A stretch of 44,106 nt of DNA from an uncultured Gammaproteobacteria bacterium (GTDB lineage: Bacteria > Patescibacteriota > Patescibacteriia > UBA9934), in the NCBI GenBank assembly GCA_964499655.1, contig CAZCLT010000001.1, positions 1,647 to 45,752 of the forward strand, written 5' to 3'. Shown here in pieces: positions 32,196 through 40,606 of the stretch. Numbering within the stretch: the first letter of the stretch is position 1; each line of letters starts with the position of its first letter. The notes under the pieces are model-generated. The model worked only from the letters and a program-made list of their open reading frames with translations, was not told the origin of the DNA and did no database searches. A program made the translations under genes and the position numbers.

Positions 32196-33077
32196 ATGCC
32201 CGAGGTACGAGCAATTCCAGAGCTGACGGAAAAGAAACTTCTTTGGTTGGAAGAAAAAGCGAACGTCATTCGCCAAGATATTTTGAAGATGCTCACTAAA
32301 GCTGGCTCTGGTCACTCGGCCGGACCGCTGGGCATGGCCGATATTTTCACGGCGCTTTATTTCCACGTCCTTGAGCATAATCCAAAAAAGCCCAACTGGG
32401 CTGATCGTGATCGCCTACTTCTTTCCAACGGTCACATCTGTCCGGTCCGTTACGTCACCATGGCCCACGCCGGTTACATCAAGATGGAAGAGCTGAATAC
32501 GCTGCGCCAGTTCGGCTCACGCTTACAAGGTCACCCAGAAATCGCCTGGTTACCGGCCATGGAAAACACCTCCGGACCACTCGGCGACGGCAACCCACAA
32601 GCCGTGGGCCTGGCCTACGTGGGCAAGCTCGAAAAGAAACCGTGGCACGTGTACTGCGTAATGAGCGACGGCGAACTCGAAGCAGGCATCACCTGGGAAG
32701 CGGCGCTCTTTGCCAGTAAGCATCATCTGCACAATCTCACTTGGATTATCGACCGCAACAACATCCAGATCGATGGCTATACCGAGGATGTGATGCCATT
32801 GGAACCGCTGCGCGATAAATTCGAAGCCTTCGGATTCGAGGTGATCGACATCGACGGCCACAACATCCGAGAATTTGTCGACGCCTGCAACTACGCCAAA
32901 GCCTACTGGGACAAGCCGACGGTGATTCTCGCCCACACCATTCCGGGCAAAGGCGTGTCCTTCATGGAGTTTGAACCCAAGTGGCACGGCATACCGCCCA
33001 AAGACAAAGACGAACTCAATCTGGCGCTCAAAGAACTGCGCACACTGGGCGGAAAAATAATTTCAGAAAGTGAATAA
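32196..33077 (+). CDS. Transketolase, N-terminal (TPP-binding) subunit of a split enzyme
   Basis: GHSAGPLGMADIFTALYF..., SNGHICP, GPLGDGNPQAVGLA and DGELEAG. 293 aa. Confidence 0.85.
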   Translation: MPEVRAIPELTEKKLLWLEEKANVIRQDILKMLTKAGSGHSAGPLGMADIFTALYFHVLEHNPKKPNWADRDRLLLSNGHICPVRYVTMAHAGYIKMEELNTLRQFGSRLQGHPEIAWLPAMENTSGPLGDGNPQAVGLAYVGKLEKKPWHVYCVMSDGELEAGITWEAALFASKHHLHNLTWIIDRNNIQIDGYTEDVMPLEPLRDKFEAFGFEVIDIDGHNIREFVDACNYAKAYWDKPTVILAHTIPGKGVSFMEFEPKWHGIPPKDKDELNLALKELRTLGGKIISESE

Positions 33078-33084
33078 TATCAAT

Positions 33085-34005
33085 ATGAACAAGAAACAAA
33101 TCATCATCGCCATCGCTGCCGTGATCGTGCTCGCTATCGGGATCGCCTTTTCCCGCAATAGTTTTTATCCAATGATGAGCTGGTCGACGGGATCAGTTGG
33201 CTCAGGCGTCGCCGGTTCACCGCCGATGATGGGTTCGTTTGATGGCTTCGATCGCGCCGAATCGGCGCCGGCTGAGTTTCCAGTTAAATCGAGTGATTCC
33301 ATCGTCATTCAAAACGGCTCCCAAGCTGATGTAGGGCAGTTCATCATCAAACGCGGCGAAATCTCCATGCGCGTGACCGATGCTAACGACGCGACCACGA
33401 AAATCTCCGATTTAGCTACTGGTTTTGGCGGCAGCATCCTGACCAAATCACTCAACAAGGATATAAACGACCAGCTTTCGGGCTACATCACCATTCAAGT
33501 CGCGGCCGACAAATTTGACCCGGCCTTTTCTGGCGTGAAAGCCTTGGGGACGGAAGTCACTTCGGAGAGCGTCAGCGCTGAAGACGTGACTGAGCAAGTA
33601 ATCGATATTGAAGTCCGGCTCAAAAACGCCCGTGCTGAAGAACAGAGCTACTTAGCCGTGCTCGCCAAAGCCGAAACCGTGGAAGATATTCTGGCCGTCC
33701 AACAGTATCTGTACCAAGTGCGTCAAACCATCGAACAGTTGGAAGCCCAACAGAAATATCTCTCAACGCAAACCACGTATTCGGTCATCACCGTCTTCAT
33801 TACCGAAGAAACCGTCGTTAAAATCGGCGGTCAAGAATTCCGCCCATGGCAAGCGGCCGTGGACGCGGTACAAATGGTCATTAGTGGCTTCCAGGCCTTT
33901 ATCATCGCTTTGATTCAGGTGCTGATCATCGGTGTCGCTATCTTGATTCCGGCCAGTCTGATCTACCTGATCGCCCGCGCTCTGTACCGCAAGTTCAAAA
34001 AATAA
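33085..34005 (+). CDS. DUF4349-like membrane protein with a coiled-coil segment
   Basis: N- and C-terminal TM segments. The central part reads SAEDVTEQVIDIEVRLKNARAEEQSYLAVLAKAETVEDILAVQQYL. Confidence 0.55.
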   Translation: MNKKQIIIAIAAVIVLAIGIAFSRNSFYPMMSWSTGSVGSGVAGSPPMMGSFDGFDRAESAPAEFPVKSSDSIVIQNGSQADVGQFIIKRGEISMRVTDANDATTKISDLATGFGGSILTKSLNKDINDQLSGYITIQVAADKFDPAFSGVKALGTEVTSESVSAEDVTEQVIDIEVRLKNARAEEQSYLAVLAKAETVEDILAVQQYLYQVRQTIEQLEAQQKYLSTQTTYSVITVFITEETVVKIGGQEFRPWQAAVDAVQMVISGFQAFIIALIQVLIIGVAILIPASLIYLIARALYRKFKK

Positions 34006-34007
34006 TT

Positions 34008-35000
34008 ATGGCCAAGGTGGCAAAAATCCATCCGTCCTGGAAAAATCCAGCGGCACTCAAACAGATTCCCACTCGCGATGGCTATGGCGAAGGGCTTGTT
34101 GAGGCCGGGCAGAAAGATCCAAACGTGATGGTGCTTTGCGCCGATCTGTCCGAATCCACCCGCTCACTGCTCTTCAAGCAAACCTTTCCAGATCGTTATG
34201 TTCAGCTCGGTGTCTCTGAGCAGTCGATGGCCGCGCTGGCCGCGGGTATGACGCTGGCCGGCAAAACTGTCTTCATCTCCAGCTACGCCTGCTTCTCCCC
34301 CGGTCGCAACTGGGAACAAATCCGCACCACCATCTGCTTGCAGAAAGCCAACGTCAAAATTGCCGGCGCGCATGCCGGCGTCTCCGTTGGCCCAGACGGC
34401 GCCACGCACCAGATGGTTGAAGACATCGCCATCATGCGGGTACTGCCGGAGATGAAAGTGCTGGTGCCGTGCGATGCGATTGAAACGCGTAAAGCGACGA
34501 TTGCTGCTGCCGCCATGCCTGGCCCGGTCTACGTTCGCTTTGCCCGTGAAAAATCGCCGGTCTTCACCACCACAACCACACCCTTCAAAATTGGCCAGGC
34601 GCAAATTTTCCGCGAAGGCAAAGACGTGGCAATTATCGGCTGTGGACCATTGGTTTACGAATGCCTGATGGCTGCCGAAGAGTTGGCTAAACTCGGAATT
34701 CAAGCCCGAGTGATCAATAACGTCTCGGTGAAACCAATGGATGAGGCGACGATCATCGCGGCCGCGCACGATTGCGGCGCCATTGTCACGGTCGAGGAAG
34801 CGCAAGCGGCCGGCGGTATGGGCAGCGCTGTTTGTGAATTACTCAGCGAGACCCTCCCCGTCCCGATTGAACGCGTGGGCATGCAAGATCGCTTCGGCGA
34901 ATCGGGCCAACCGCGCGAACTCCTCGAACACTTCGGCCTAACGGCGCCAGGGATCATCAAAGCAGTAAAAAGAGTACTCAAAAAGAAAAGACAGGCCTAA
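34008..35000 (+). CDS. Transketolase, C-terminal (pyrimidine-binding) subunit
   Basis: RDGYGEGL..., QLGVSEQSMAALAAGM and GATHQMVEDIAIMRVLP. 330 aa. Confidence 0.85.
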   Translation: MAKVAKIHPSWKNPAALKQIPTRDGYGEGLVEAGQKDPNVMVLCADLSESTRSLLFKQTFPDRYVQLGVSEQSMAALAAGMTLAGKTVFISSYACFSPGRNWEQIRTTICLQKANVKIAGAHAGVSVGPDGATHQMVEDIAIMRVLPEMKVLVPCDAIETRKATIAAAAMPGPVYVRFAREKSPVFTTTTTPFKIGQAQIFREGKDVAIIGCGPLVYECLMAAEELAKLGIQARVINNVSVKPMDEATIIAAAHDCGAIVTVEEAQAAGGMGSAVCELLSETLPVPIERVGMQDRFGESGQPRELLEHFGLTAPGIIKAVKRVLKKKRQA

Positions 35001-35014
35001 AGCCTGTCTTTTTG
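34986..35014 (+). terminator. Intrinsic terminator whose loop contains the tkt stop codon
   Basis: AAGACAGGC-ctaaa-GCCTGTCTT followed by TTTG. Confidence 0.8.
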
Positions 35015-35064
35015 CGCTCCTGGCTGGCGAATATCAAGCTTTTGCGCTATGCTGAGCCAACTTT

Positions 35065-35808
35065 ATGGATATTACCGAAATGACCGAACCGGGTGAGATT
35101 CGCATCAACAAATACATGGCTGAACAAGGAATTTGTTCACGCCGGGAAGCTGATCGCCTGATTAAGGCTGGTTTGGTGAAAATCAACGGTGTTAAGGCTA
35201 CTTTGGGCAGCAAAGTCGGGCCAGCCGACCAAGTGACCGTTAAAGGCAAAGGCCTCGGCCACGAACAACCCAAACCACTGTACATCGCCTTTCACAAGCC
35301 GGTCGGCATCATCTCTACCGGCGACAAGAAGGCTATCAACAACGTTTACGAATACTTAAAAATCAAAGACCGAGTTTTCCACGTGGGCCGCCTAGATGTG
35401 GCTTCTTCTGGTTTGATGCTCTTTACCAACGATGGCGACGCCGCCTACAAAATCATGCGCGCCGAAGCTAATCACGAAAAGGAATACGTTGTCTCCATCG
35501 ATAAATCGCTCAGCGACGAAGCGCTAGAGCAGCTGCGCACCGGAATCGTGATCATGGGCCGTAAAACCAAACCAGCTAAAGTCACCAAAATCGATGACAA
35601 AACTTTCAACATTATTTTGACCGAAGGCCGCAATCGCCAAATTCGCCGCATGTGCGAAGAGCTACACTTCACCGTCAAAACTTTGAAGCGCGTCCGCGTG
35701 ATGAACGTGACACTCGGCAAACTACCGGTGGGACAATGGCGAGAGCTCACCGATGATGAACGTACCACCCTACTCGCAACGTTGAACCCAACCCCAACCG
35801 ACAAATAA
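35065..35808 (+). CDS. Pseudouridine synthase, RsuA/RluB family (S4 domain plus catalytic domain)
   Basis: RINKYMAEQGICSRREADRLIKAGLVKING and HVGRLDVASSGLMLFTNDG. Confidence 0.8.
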   Translation: MDITEMTEPGEIRINKYMAEQGICSRREADRLIKAGLVKINGVKATLGSKVGPADQVTVKGKGLGHEQPKPLYIAFHKPVGIISTGDKKAINNVYEYLKIKDRVFHVGRLDVASSGLMLFTNDGDAAYKIMRAEANHEKEYVVSIDKSLSDEALEQLRTGIVIMGRKTKPAKVTKIDDKTFNIILTEGRNRQIRRMCEELHFTVKTLKRVRVMNVTLGKLPVGQWRELTDDERTTLLATLNPTPTDK

Positions 35809-35811
35809 ATT

Positions 35812-36342
35812 ATGGACCCAGTGACCATCGCCATCCTCATCGCCCTCCCCTTTCTGATCACCTTTGCTTGGGGCGGTATCTCGGCGGCGCCGTGGGTTCC
35901 AACGTTAAAGCGCGATCGTGATCATCTCCTGCAAAATTTAGATTTCAAACCCGGTCAAATCATTTATGATCTGGGTTGCGGCGACGGCTCGGTGCTGTTT
36001 GCTATCGCCAAACGTCAGCCGGCCATCAAAGCGATCGGCCTGGAAGTTTCTCTGTTTCCCTTCTTCATCGCCTTGATCCGAAAATACCTTGGCGGCTACA
36101 AGAACGTCAGCCTCCGTTTTCAAAATCTATTCAAAGCACCCATCAGTGAAGCCGATGTGGTCTTCGCTTTTTTGTTGCCCAAAAGTTACCCACGTTTGAT
36201 CGCTAAATTCGCCAAAGAGTTACGCCCCGAGGCAATGGTGATCGTTGAAGCCTGGCCGCTACCCAACATCAAACCTGAAAAAACCTTAACATCCGAAGGC
36301 CTTTTGCCTATCTACCTGTATTCCGGAAGCCAATTCAAGTAA
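35812..36342 (+). CDS. Class I SAM-dependent methyltransferase with an N-terminal TM segment
   Basis: Motif I IYDLGCGDGSVLFAIA. 176 aa. Confidence 0.6.
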   Translation: MDPVTIAILIALPFLITFAWGGISAAPWVPTLKRDRDHLLQNLDFKPGQIIYDLGCGDGSVLFAIAKRQPAIKAIGLEVSLFPFFIALIRKYLGGYKNVSLRFQNLFKAPISEADVVFAFLLPKSYPRLIAKFAKELRPEAMVIVEAWPLPNIKPEKTLTSEGLLPIYLYSGSQFK

Positions 36343-36353
36343 AATAGGTGGGT

Positions 36354-37328
36354 ATGTATAATATTTTGACCATCGGCGACATCAAACTCGATACTTTCAT
36401 TGTCATCCCTGAAGCCAGCGTGATGTGCAAATTGCAAATGCCCGCTTGCCAACTGTGTCTGGACTACGGCAAAAAAATTCCCGTCGAAGACATCAGTTCG
36501 CAAATTGCCGGCACGGCCAGCAACGTGGCCATTGGCATTGCCAAGATGGATCGCATCAGCGCCATTTATAGTGTGATGGGCGTGGACGGCACCAACACTT
36601 TGGCGATTGAATTTTTGACCAAAAATAACGTGGTCACCAAACACATTAAAGCGCAAAAAGGTCACCCGAGCAGTTTTGCCGCCGTGCTCAATTACAAAGG
36701 TGAAACCACTCAGCTGGTTTCCCACAGCAACATGCAATATCGCCTGCCCAAACAGTTGCCAGAAACCGAATGGATGCATATTTCTGAGCTCGGCGATGAT
36801 TATGAAAAGCTTTACGCGGAAGTTGCGCGAGTCAGCGCCAAACGAGAAATTTTAATAAGCTTTAACCCGGGCGTAGTTCAGCTCACAGATAAAAGACCAG
36901 AGCTCTTTTCTTTACTCAAAGCCACGACGGTTCTTTTCCTGAACATGAGTGAAGCTAAATTGCTCACTTCGACAAAAGACGAAATCGAAATTCACCACCT
37001 CATTACCAAAATTAAAGCGCTGGGTCCTCAGTTCGTCGTTATTACCGATGGTAAGAACGGCGCCTACGCCTATGACGGTCTGCAGCTCGATTATACTCCG
37101 GCCTTCCCGGCTAAATTTGTAGAGGCGACCGGGGCCGGCGATGCCTTTTCAACCGGTTTTCTTGGCGCTTTGATGCACGGCCGCGGCCATGATGAAGCGT
37201 TGCGTTGGGGGTCAGTCAATGCCGCTTCGGTGATTGCTCACGTTGGACCAACTCGCGGCTTGCTCACCCACACGGAAATCAAAAAGCGCCTCAAAGCTCG
37301 ACCAAGTTATAAAACCAAAGAAATGTAG
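36354..37328 (+). CDS. PfkB-family carbohydrate kinase
   Basis: MYNILTIGDIKLD at the N-terminus and the C-terminal GAGDAFSTGFLGAL. TAAAAT lies 8 nt upstream of ATG 36354. The track's GTG start at 36348 remains possible. Confidence 0.75.
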   Translation: MYNILTIGDIKLDTFIVIPEASVMCKLQMPACQLCLDYGKKIPVEDISSQIAGTASNVAIGIAKMDRISAIYSVMGVDGTNTLAIEFLTKNNVVTKHIKAQKGHPSSFAAVLNYKGETTQLVSHSNMQYRLPKQLPETEWMHISELGDDYEKLYAEVARVSAKREILISFNPGVVQLTDKRPELFSLLKATTVLFLNMSEAKLLTSTKDEIEIHHLITKIKALGPQFVVITDGKNGAYAYDGLQLDYTPAFPAKFVEATGAGDAFSTGFLGALMHGRGHDEALRWGSVNAASVIAHVGPTRGLLTHTEIKKRLKARPSYKTKEM

Positions 37329-37329
37329 T

Positions 37330-38142
37330 ATGGAGCGTTTGTTTATCTTGCCGTTTGATCATCGTTCAACGTTCGTTAAAGAGTTACTCGGGGCCAGCTA
37401 TCCGCCAAACGCCAAAATCGCCAAACAGGTTACCGCCCTCAAGGGCATCGTTTTTGAAGGTTTCCTGAAGGCCCGGAAGCTGGCGAAGAACCCAAATGAA
37501 CTAGCCATCCTCATCGATGAAGAATTCGGCGGTGGGATCATCACCACGGCGCAGAAGACCGGGTTGCACTTCGCTCTCTCGGTCGAAAAGAGTGGTCAGC
37601 CGATCTTCACTTTCGAATACGGCGAACAATTCGGCGATCACCTCCTGAAAATCAAACCAACCTTTGCCAAAGCGCTAGTTCGGTACGATGTCCGTAAAGT
37701 TGCCGACAATAAAATTCAAAACAAACGATTAAAAACGCTTTCCAGTTTCTGCCGAAAAAATAAACTCGGTTTGATGGTCGAAATTCTGACCGACGGCAAG
37801 GTCGGCAAGGCCAAACAGATCGAGACGACCATGAAGGAGATGATCGCCGCTGGCATCCGCCCGACGATTTGGAAAGTGGAAGGGCTCGACACGGTGGCCG
37901 ATTGGAAAAAGATTCGCAAACTCACCACGGCCATGATCATCGTGCTCGGTCGGGGTGAATCGAAAAAGTTTGTGCAGAATTGGATGGCGGTCGCTTCGAA
38001 GAGCGGACAAGTGAACGGCTTTGCCATCGGACGAACCATCTTCTACCGGCCACTTCAAGACTATCTAAAGAAAAAACTTACCCGAGCTCAAGCCGTCGAA
38101 CAAATTTGTAAAAACTATCTAGCCTTCGTGAAGGCTTGGTAA
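37330..38142 (+). CDS. DUF2090-like protein (aldolase-type barrel often linked to sugar kinases), tentative
   Basis: MERLFILPFDHRSTF.... It lies between two PfkB kinase genes. The ATG at 37330 follows the previous stop, so the track's start at 37234 is rejected. Confidence 0.45.
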   Translation: MERLFILPFDHRSTFVKELLGASYPPNAKIAKQVTALKGIVFEGFLKARKLAKNPNELAILIDEEFGGGIITTAQKTGLHFALSVEKSGQPIFTFEYGEQFGDHLLKIKPTFAKALVRYDVRKVADNKIQNKRLKTLSSFCRKNKLGLMVEILTDGKVGKAKQIETTMKEMIAAGIRPTIWKVEGLDTVADWKKIRKLTTAMIIVLGRGESKKFVQNWMAVASKSGQVNGFAIGRTIFYRPLQDYLKKKLTRAQAVEQICKNYLAFVKAW

Positions 38143-38148
38143 GAAAGC

Positions 38149-38180
38149 ACCGTCCGGACCTCACCGGGCGGTATTTTTGT
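38149..38180 (+). terminator. Intrinsic terminator
   Basis: ACCGTCCGG-acctca-CCGGGCGGT followed by ATTTTTGT. Confidence 0.7.
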
Positions 38181-38186
38181 AGTCTG

Positions 38187-38195
38187 TGATAAAAT
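38187..38195 (+). promoter_or_regulatory. Extended -10 (TGaTAAAAT) 8 nt upstream of ATG 38204
   Basis: TAAAAT at 38190-38195. The track's GTG start at 38186 lies inside this box. Confidence 0.4.
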
Positions 38196-38203
38196 GCTCA
38201 TAT

Positions 38204-39178
38204 ATGTTCGATGTAATCTCTATCGGTTCAGCCACGCGCGATGCCTTTTTGATCTCCAAGGAGTTTCGCTTTATTCGCTCGGACGAGTTCCCGACAGGCG
38301 TAGGCGAGTGCGTTTCTTTTGGCAGTAAGATCGAGCTGGATAAGTTGGTTTTGACAACCGGGGGTGGGGCCACGAACTCGGCCACGACGTTTGCACGATT
38401 GGGACTCAAATCGGCGATCATCACCAAGCTCGGCGATGACTCTTCGGGTGGTGAAGTGTTGGCACAACTTAAGGCTGATCAAGTAGATGCTTCGATGGTA
38501 CGGACGGTTAAAGGCGGAGAAACGGCTTACAGTTCGATCCTCACCGCGGAAAACGGCGAACGATCAATCCTGGTTAATCGCGGCGTGGCCAAAACTTTTA
38601 CGGACACCGACATCCCTTGGAAAAAACTCAAAACCAAATGGATTTATCTCACCTCGCTGGGCGGTAATTACGCCCTGGCGCTCAAAATCGCCAAACAAGC
38701 CAAAGCTCATGGCGCCAAAATCTTTTATAACCCCGGTTACGAAGAAGTGAAGCGCGGATTGAAGGCTTTCGAGCCGATCCGCAAGCAGATCGACGTACTT
38801 TCGCTGAACCTGGAAGAAGCTCAGCGCTTGACCGGCCTGGAAACCAGGGACATCAAGACGCTCGCCCATAAAATAGCCGGCCCTGGAATGACTCTGCTGC
38901 TCACGGATGGGCAAAACGGCGCCTATGGAATCAGTGGCGACGAAACCTGGTTCATTCGACCACGCGCCGTCAAAGTAGTTTCGCGTACCGGCGCTGGCGA
39001 TGCTTTTGGGTCGGGCGTGGTGGCTGGATTAATAAGTGGCTGGAGTTTGCCGGACGCGATGCGCCTAGGACTGCAAAATGCTGAATCTGTGATAAAATAT
39101 TATGGAGCCAAGCGAGGAATTTTATCAAAACTGCCCACGCCCACCAGTTTAAAGAAAATTAACGTCCGTAAAATTTAA
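38204..39178 (+). CDS. PfkB-family carbohydrate kinase (second copy)
   Basis: MFDVISIGSATRD at the N-terminus and the C-terminal GAGDAFGSGVVAGL. Confidence 0.75.
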   Translation: MFDVISIGSATRDAFLISKEFRFIRSDEFPTGVGECVSFGSKIELDKLVLTTGGGATNSATTFARLGLKSAIITKLGDDSSGGEVLAQLKADQVDASMVRTVKGGETAYSSILTAENGERSILVNRGVAKTFTDTDIPWKKLKTKWIYLTSLGGNYALALKIAKQAKAHGAKIFYNPGYEEVKRGLKAFEPIRKQIDVLSLNLEEAQRLTGLETRDIKTLAHKIAGPGMTLLLTDGQNGAYGISGDETWFIRPRAVKVVSRTGAGDAFGSGVVAGLISGWSLPDAMRLGLQNAESVIKYYGAKRGILSKLPTPTSLKKINVRKI

Positions 39179-39179
39179 T

Positions 39180-39473
39180 ATGTCGACCAAAAACGAACCC
39201 TGCTGCGGCGAACATGCCCAACCAATTCCCACCAAAGGCCACCCACACGCCATGCATTTTGTGATGCTTTTGGCTGGTATGGGACTAATTTATTCCGTAG
39301 CCGGCGTTATTTTGCTAACCAAGATTTCTAATGCCCAAGCGGCGGTCACGGCGCCAGTTGTCGCATCCGCAACAGCCCCTACCGCGCCGCCCACACCAGT
39401 CATCGTACCAAATCACACCACCACTAGCGTGGAAGTGAAATCACCGACCGTCACATCTGTCGAAGTGAAATAG
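39180..39473 (+). CDS. Small membrane protein (97 aa) with a Cys/His-rich N-terminus and a TSVEVK repeat at the C-terminus
   Basis: One TM (FVMLLAGMGLIYSVAGVILL). Tightly packed between neighbouring genes. Confidence 0.45.
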   Translation: MSTKNEPCCGEHAQPIPTKGHPHAMHFVMLLAGMGLIYSVAGVILLTKISNAQAAVTAPVVASATAPTAPPTPVIVPNHTTTSVEVKSPTVTSVEVK

Positions 39474-39474
39474 T

Positions 39475-40464
39475 ATGACCAAAATTTTCGTGACGCGAGC
39501 TATTCCGGATGAAGGACTCAAACTGCTCAAAAAACGAAAAGGGTTAAAGCTAGAAATTTTCGATCAGGACCGTCCCATGAAACGGACGGAATTAATGCAG
39601 CGCGTCAAAGGTGTTGATGTGCTGCTTTCTATTTTGACGGACAAAATCGATGCTAGCGTGATGGACAGTGCCGGCCCGAGCCTGAAAATGATCGCCAATT
39701 ATGCCGTGGGCTTTGATAACATCGATCTGAAAGCCGCGGCTGACCGTGGAATCGTCGTGACCAATACCCCGGGCGAAGAAATTAGCGAAGCCGTGGCCGA
39801 ACATACCGTGGCCATGATCTTTGCCCTGGCGCACCGGATCGTAGAGACCGACAAATTCACTCGCGCCGGCAAGTATCACGGCTGGGGCCCAATGCTGTTA
39901 CTCGGCACTGACGTAAAAGGCACAACCATCGGCCTCATTGGCACTGGTCGGATCGGTTCACTAGTGGCCCAGCGACTCTTTGATGGCTTCGGAATCAAAA
40001 TTATCTATACGGATGTTAAACGTAATCCAGAATTCGAGAATCGGTTCAAAGCCAAGTATCGCACTAAAGAACAGCTACTCAAAGAAGCGGATTTCGTCAG
40101 CCTGCATGTGCCGCTACTACCATCGACCCGGCATTTGATCGGTGCCAAAGAAATCAAACTGATGAAAAAGTCGGCCTTCATCATCAACACTTCGCGCGGT
40201 CCGATCATCGATGAAATCGCGCTCACCAAAGCGCTGGCTCGAGGAGCCATTGCCGGCGCCGGGCTCGACGTCTACGAATGCGAGCCGTTCATTGATTGCA
40301 ATCCAAAAGATCAGTACACGCTACGATCGCTAGCCAACACCGTGCTCACCCCCCACACGGCTTCGGCCACCTGGGGCGCCCGGCAAGCCATGAGTCGCGT
40401 AGCCGCCAAAAACATTTTGGCCTTCATCGATGGCAAACGGCCACCCAATCAAGTGAAGAGCTAA
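39475..40464 (+). CDS. D-isomer-specific 2-hydroxyacid dehydrogenase (glyoxylate/hydroxypyruvate reductase-like)
   Basis: GLIGTGRIGSLVAQRL (NAD fold) with the catalytic-region strings NTSRGPIID and TPHTASAT. Confidence 0.8.
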   Translation: MTKIFVTRAIPDEGLKLLKKRKGLKLEIFDQDRPMKRTELMQRVKGVDVLLSILTDKIDASVMDSAGPSLKMIANYAVGFDNIDLKAAADRGIVVTNTPGEEISEAVAEHTVAMIFALAHRIVETDKFTRAGKYHGWGPMLLLGTDVKGTTIGLIGTGRIGSLVAQRLFDGFGIKIIYTDVKRNPEFENRFKAKYRTKEQLLKEADFVSLHVPLLPSTRHLIGAKEIKLMKKSAFIINTSRGPIIDEIALTKALARGAIAGAGLDVYECEPFIDCNPKDQYTLRSLANTVLTPHTASATWGARQAMSRVAAKNILAFIDGKRPPNQVKS

Positions 40465-40471
40465 AACAAAA

Positions 40472-40498
40472 ATCCTCGACTCTACGTCGGGGATTTTT
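40472..40498 (+). terminator. Intrinsic terminator
   Basis: ATCCTCGAC-tctac-GTCGGGGAT followed by TTTT. It abuts the tRNA-Ala 3' end on the opposite strand. Confidence 0.7.
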
Positions 40499-40573
40499 GG
40501 TGGACCCTGTCGGGCTCGAACCGACTGCCTCCGCCTTGCAAAGGCGGCGCTCTACCAGATGAGCTAAGGGCCC
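40498..40573 (-). tRNA. tRNA-Ala (anticodon UGC) with G3:U70 and encoded CCA
   Basis: The reverse complement is GGGCCCTTAGCTCATCTGGTAGAGCGCCGCCTTTGCAAGGCGGAGGCAGTCGGTTCGAGCCCGACAGGGTCCACCA. It forms a cloverleaf when folded by hand. Confidence 0.92.
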
Positions 40574-40592
40574 TTAAGTTGCGATGGGATGG

Positions 40593-40598
40593 TACAAT
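40593..40598 (+). promoter_or_regulatory. -10 box (TACAAT) 8 nt upstream of ATG 40607
   Basis: GGTACAATacagccatATG. The track's start at 40589 lies inside the promoter. Confidence 0.4.
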
Positions 40599-40606
40599 AC
40601 AGCCAT

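Noticed and set aside
3089-40606. Upstream alternative starts in the ORF track at 3106, 9857, 12456, 32130, 33070, 37234, 38186 and 40589
   Set aside because: Each extension overlaps a -10 box, a terminator (32130) or the preceding gene. Each is followed by an ATG or GTG that gives a canonical N-terminus, such as MKR..., MEIGID... or MFDVISIG....
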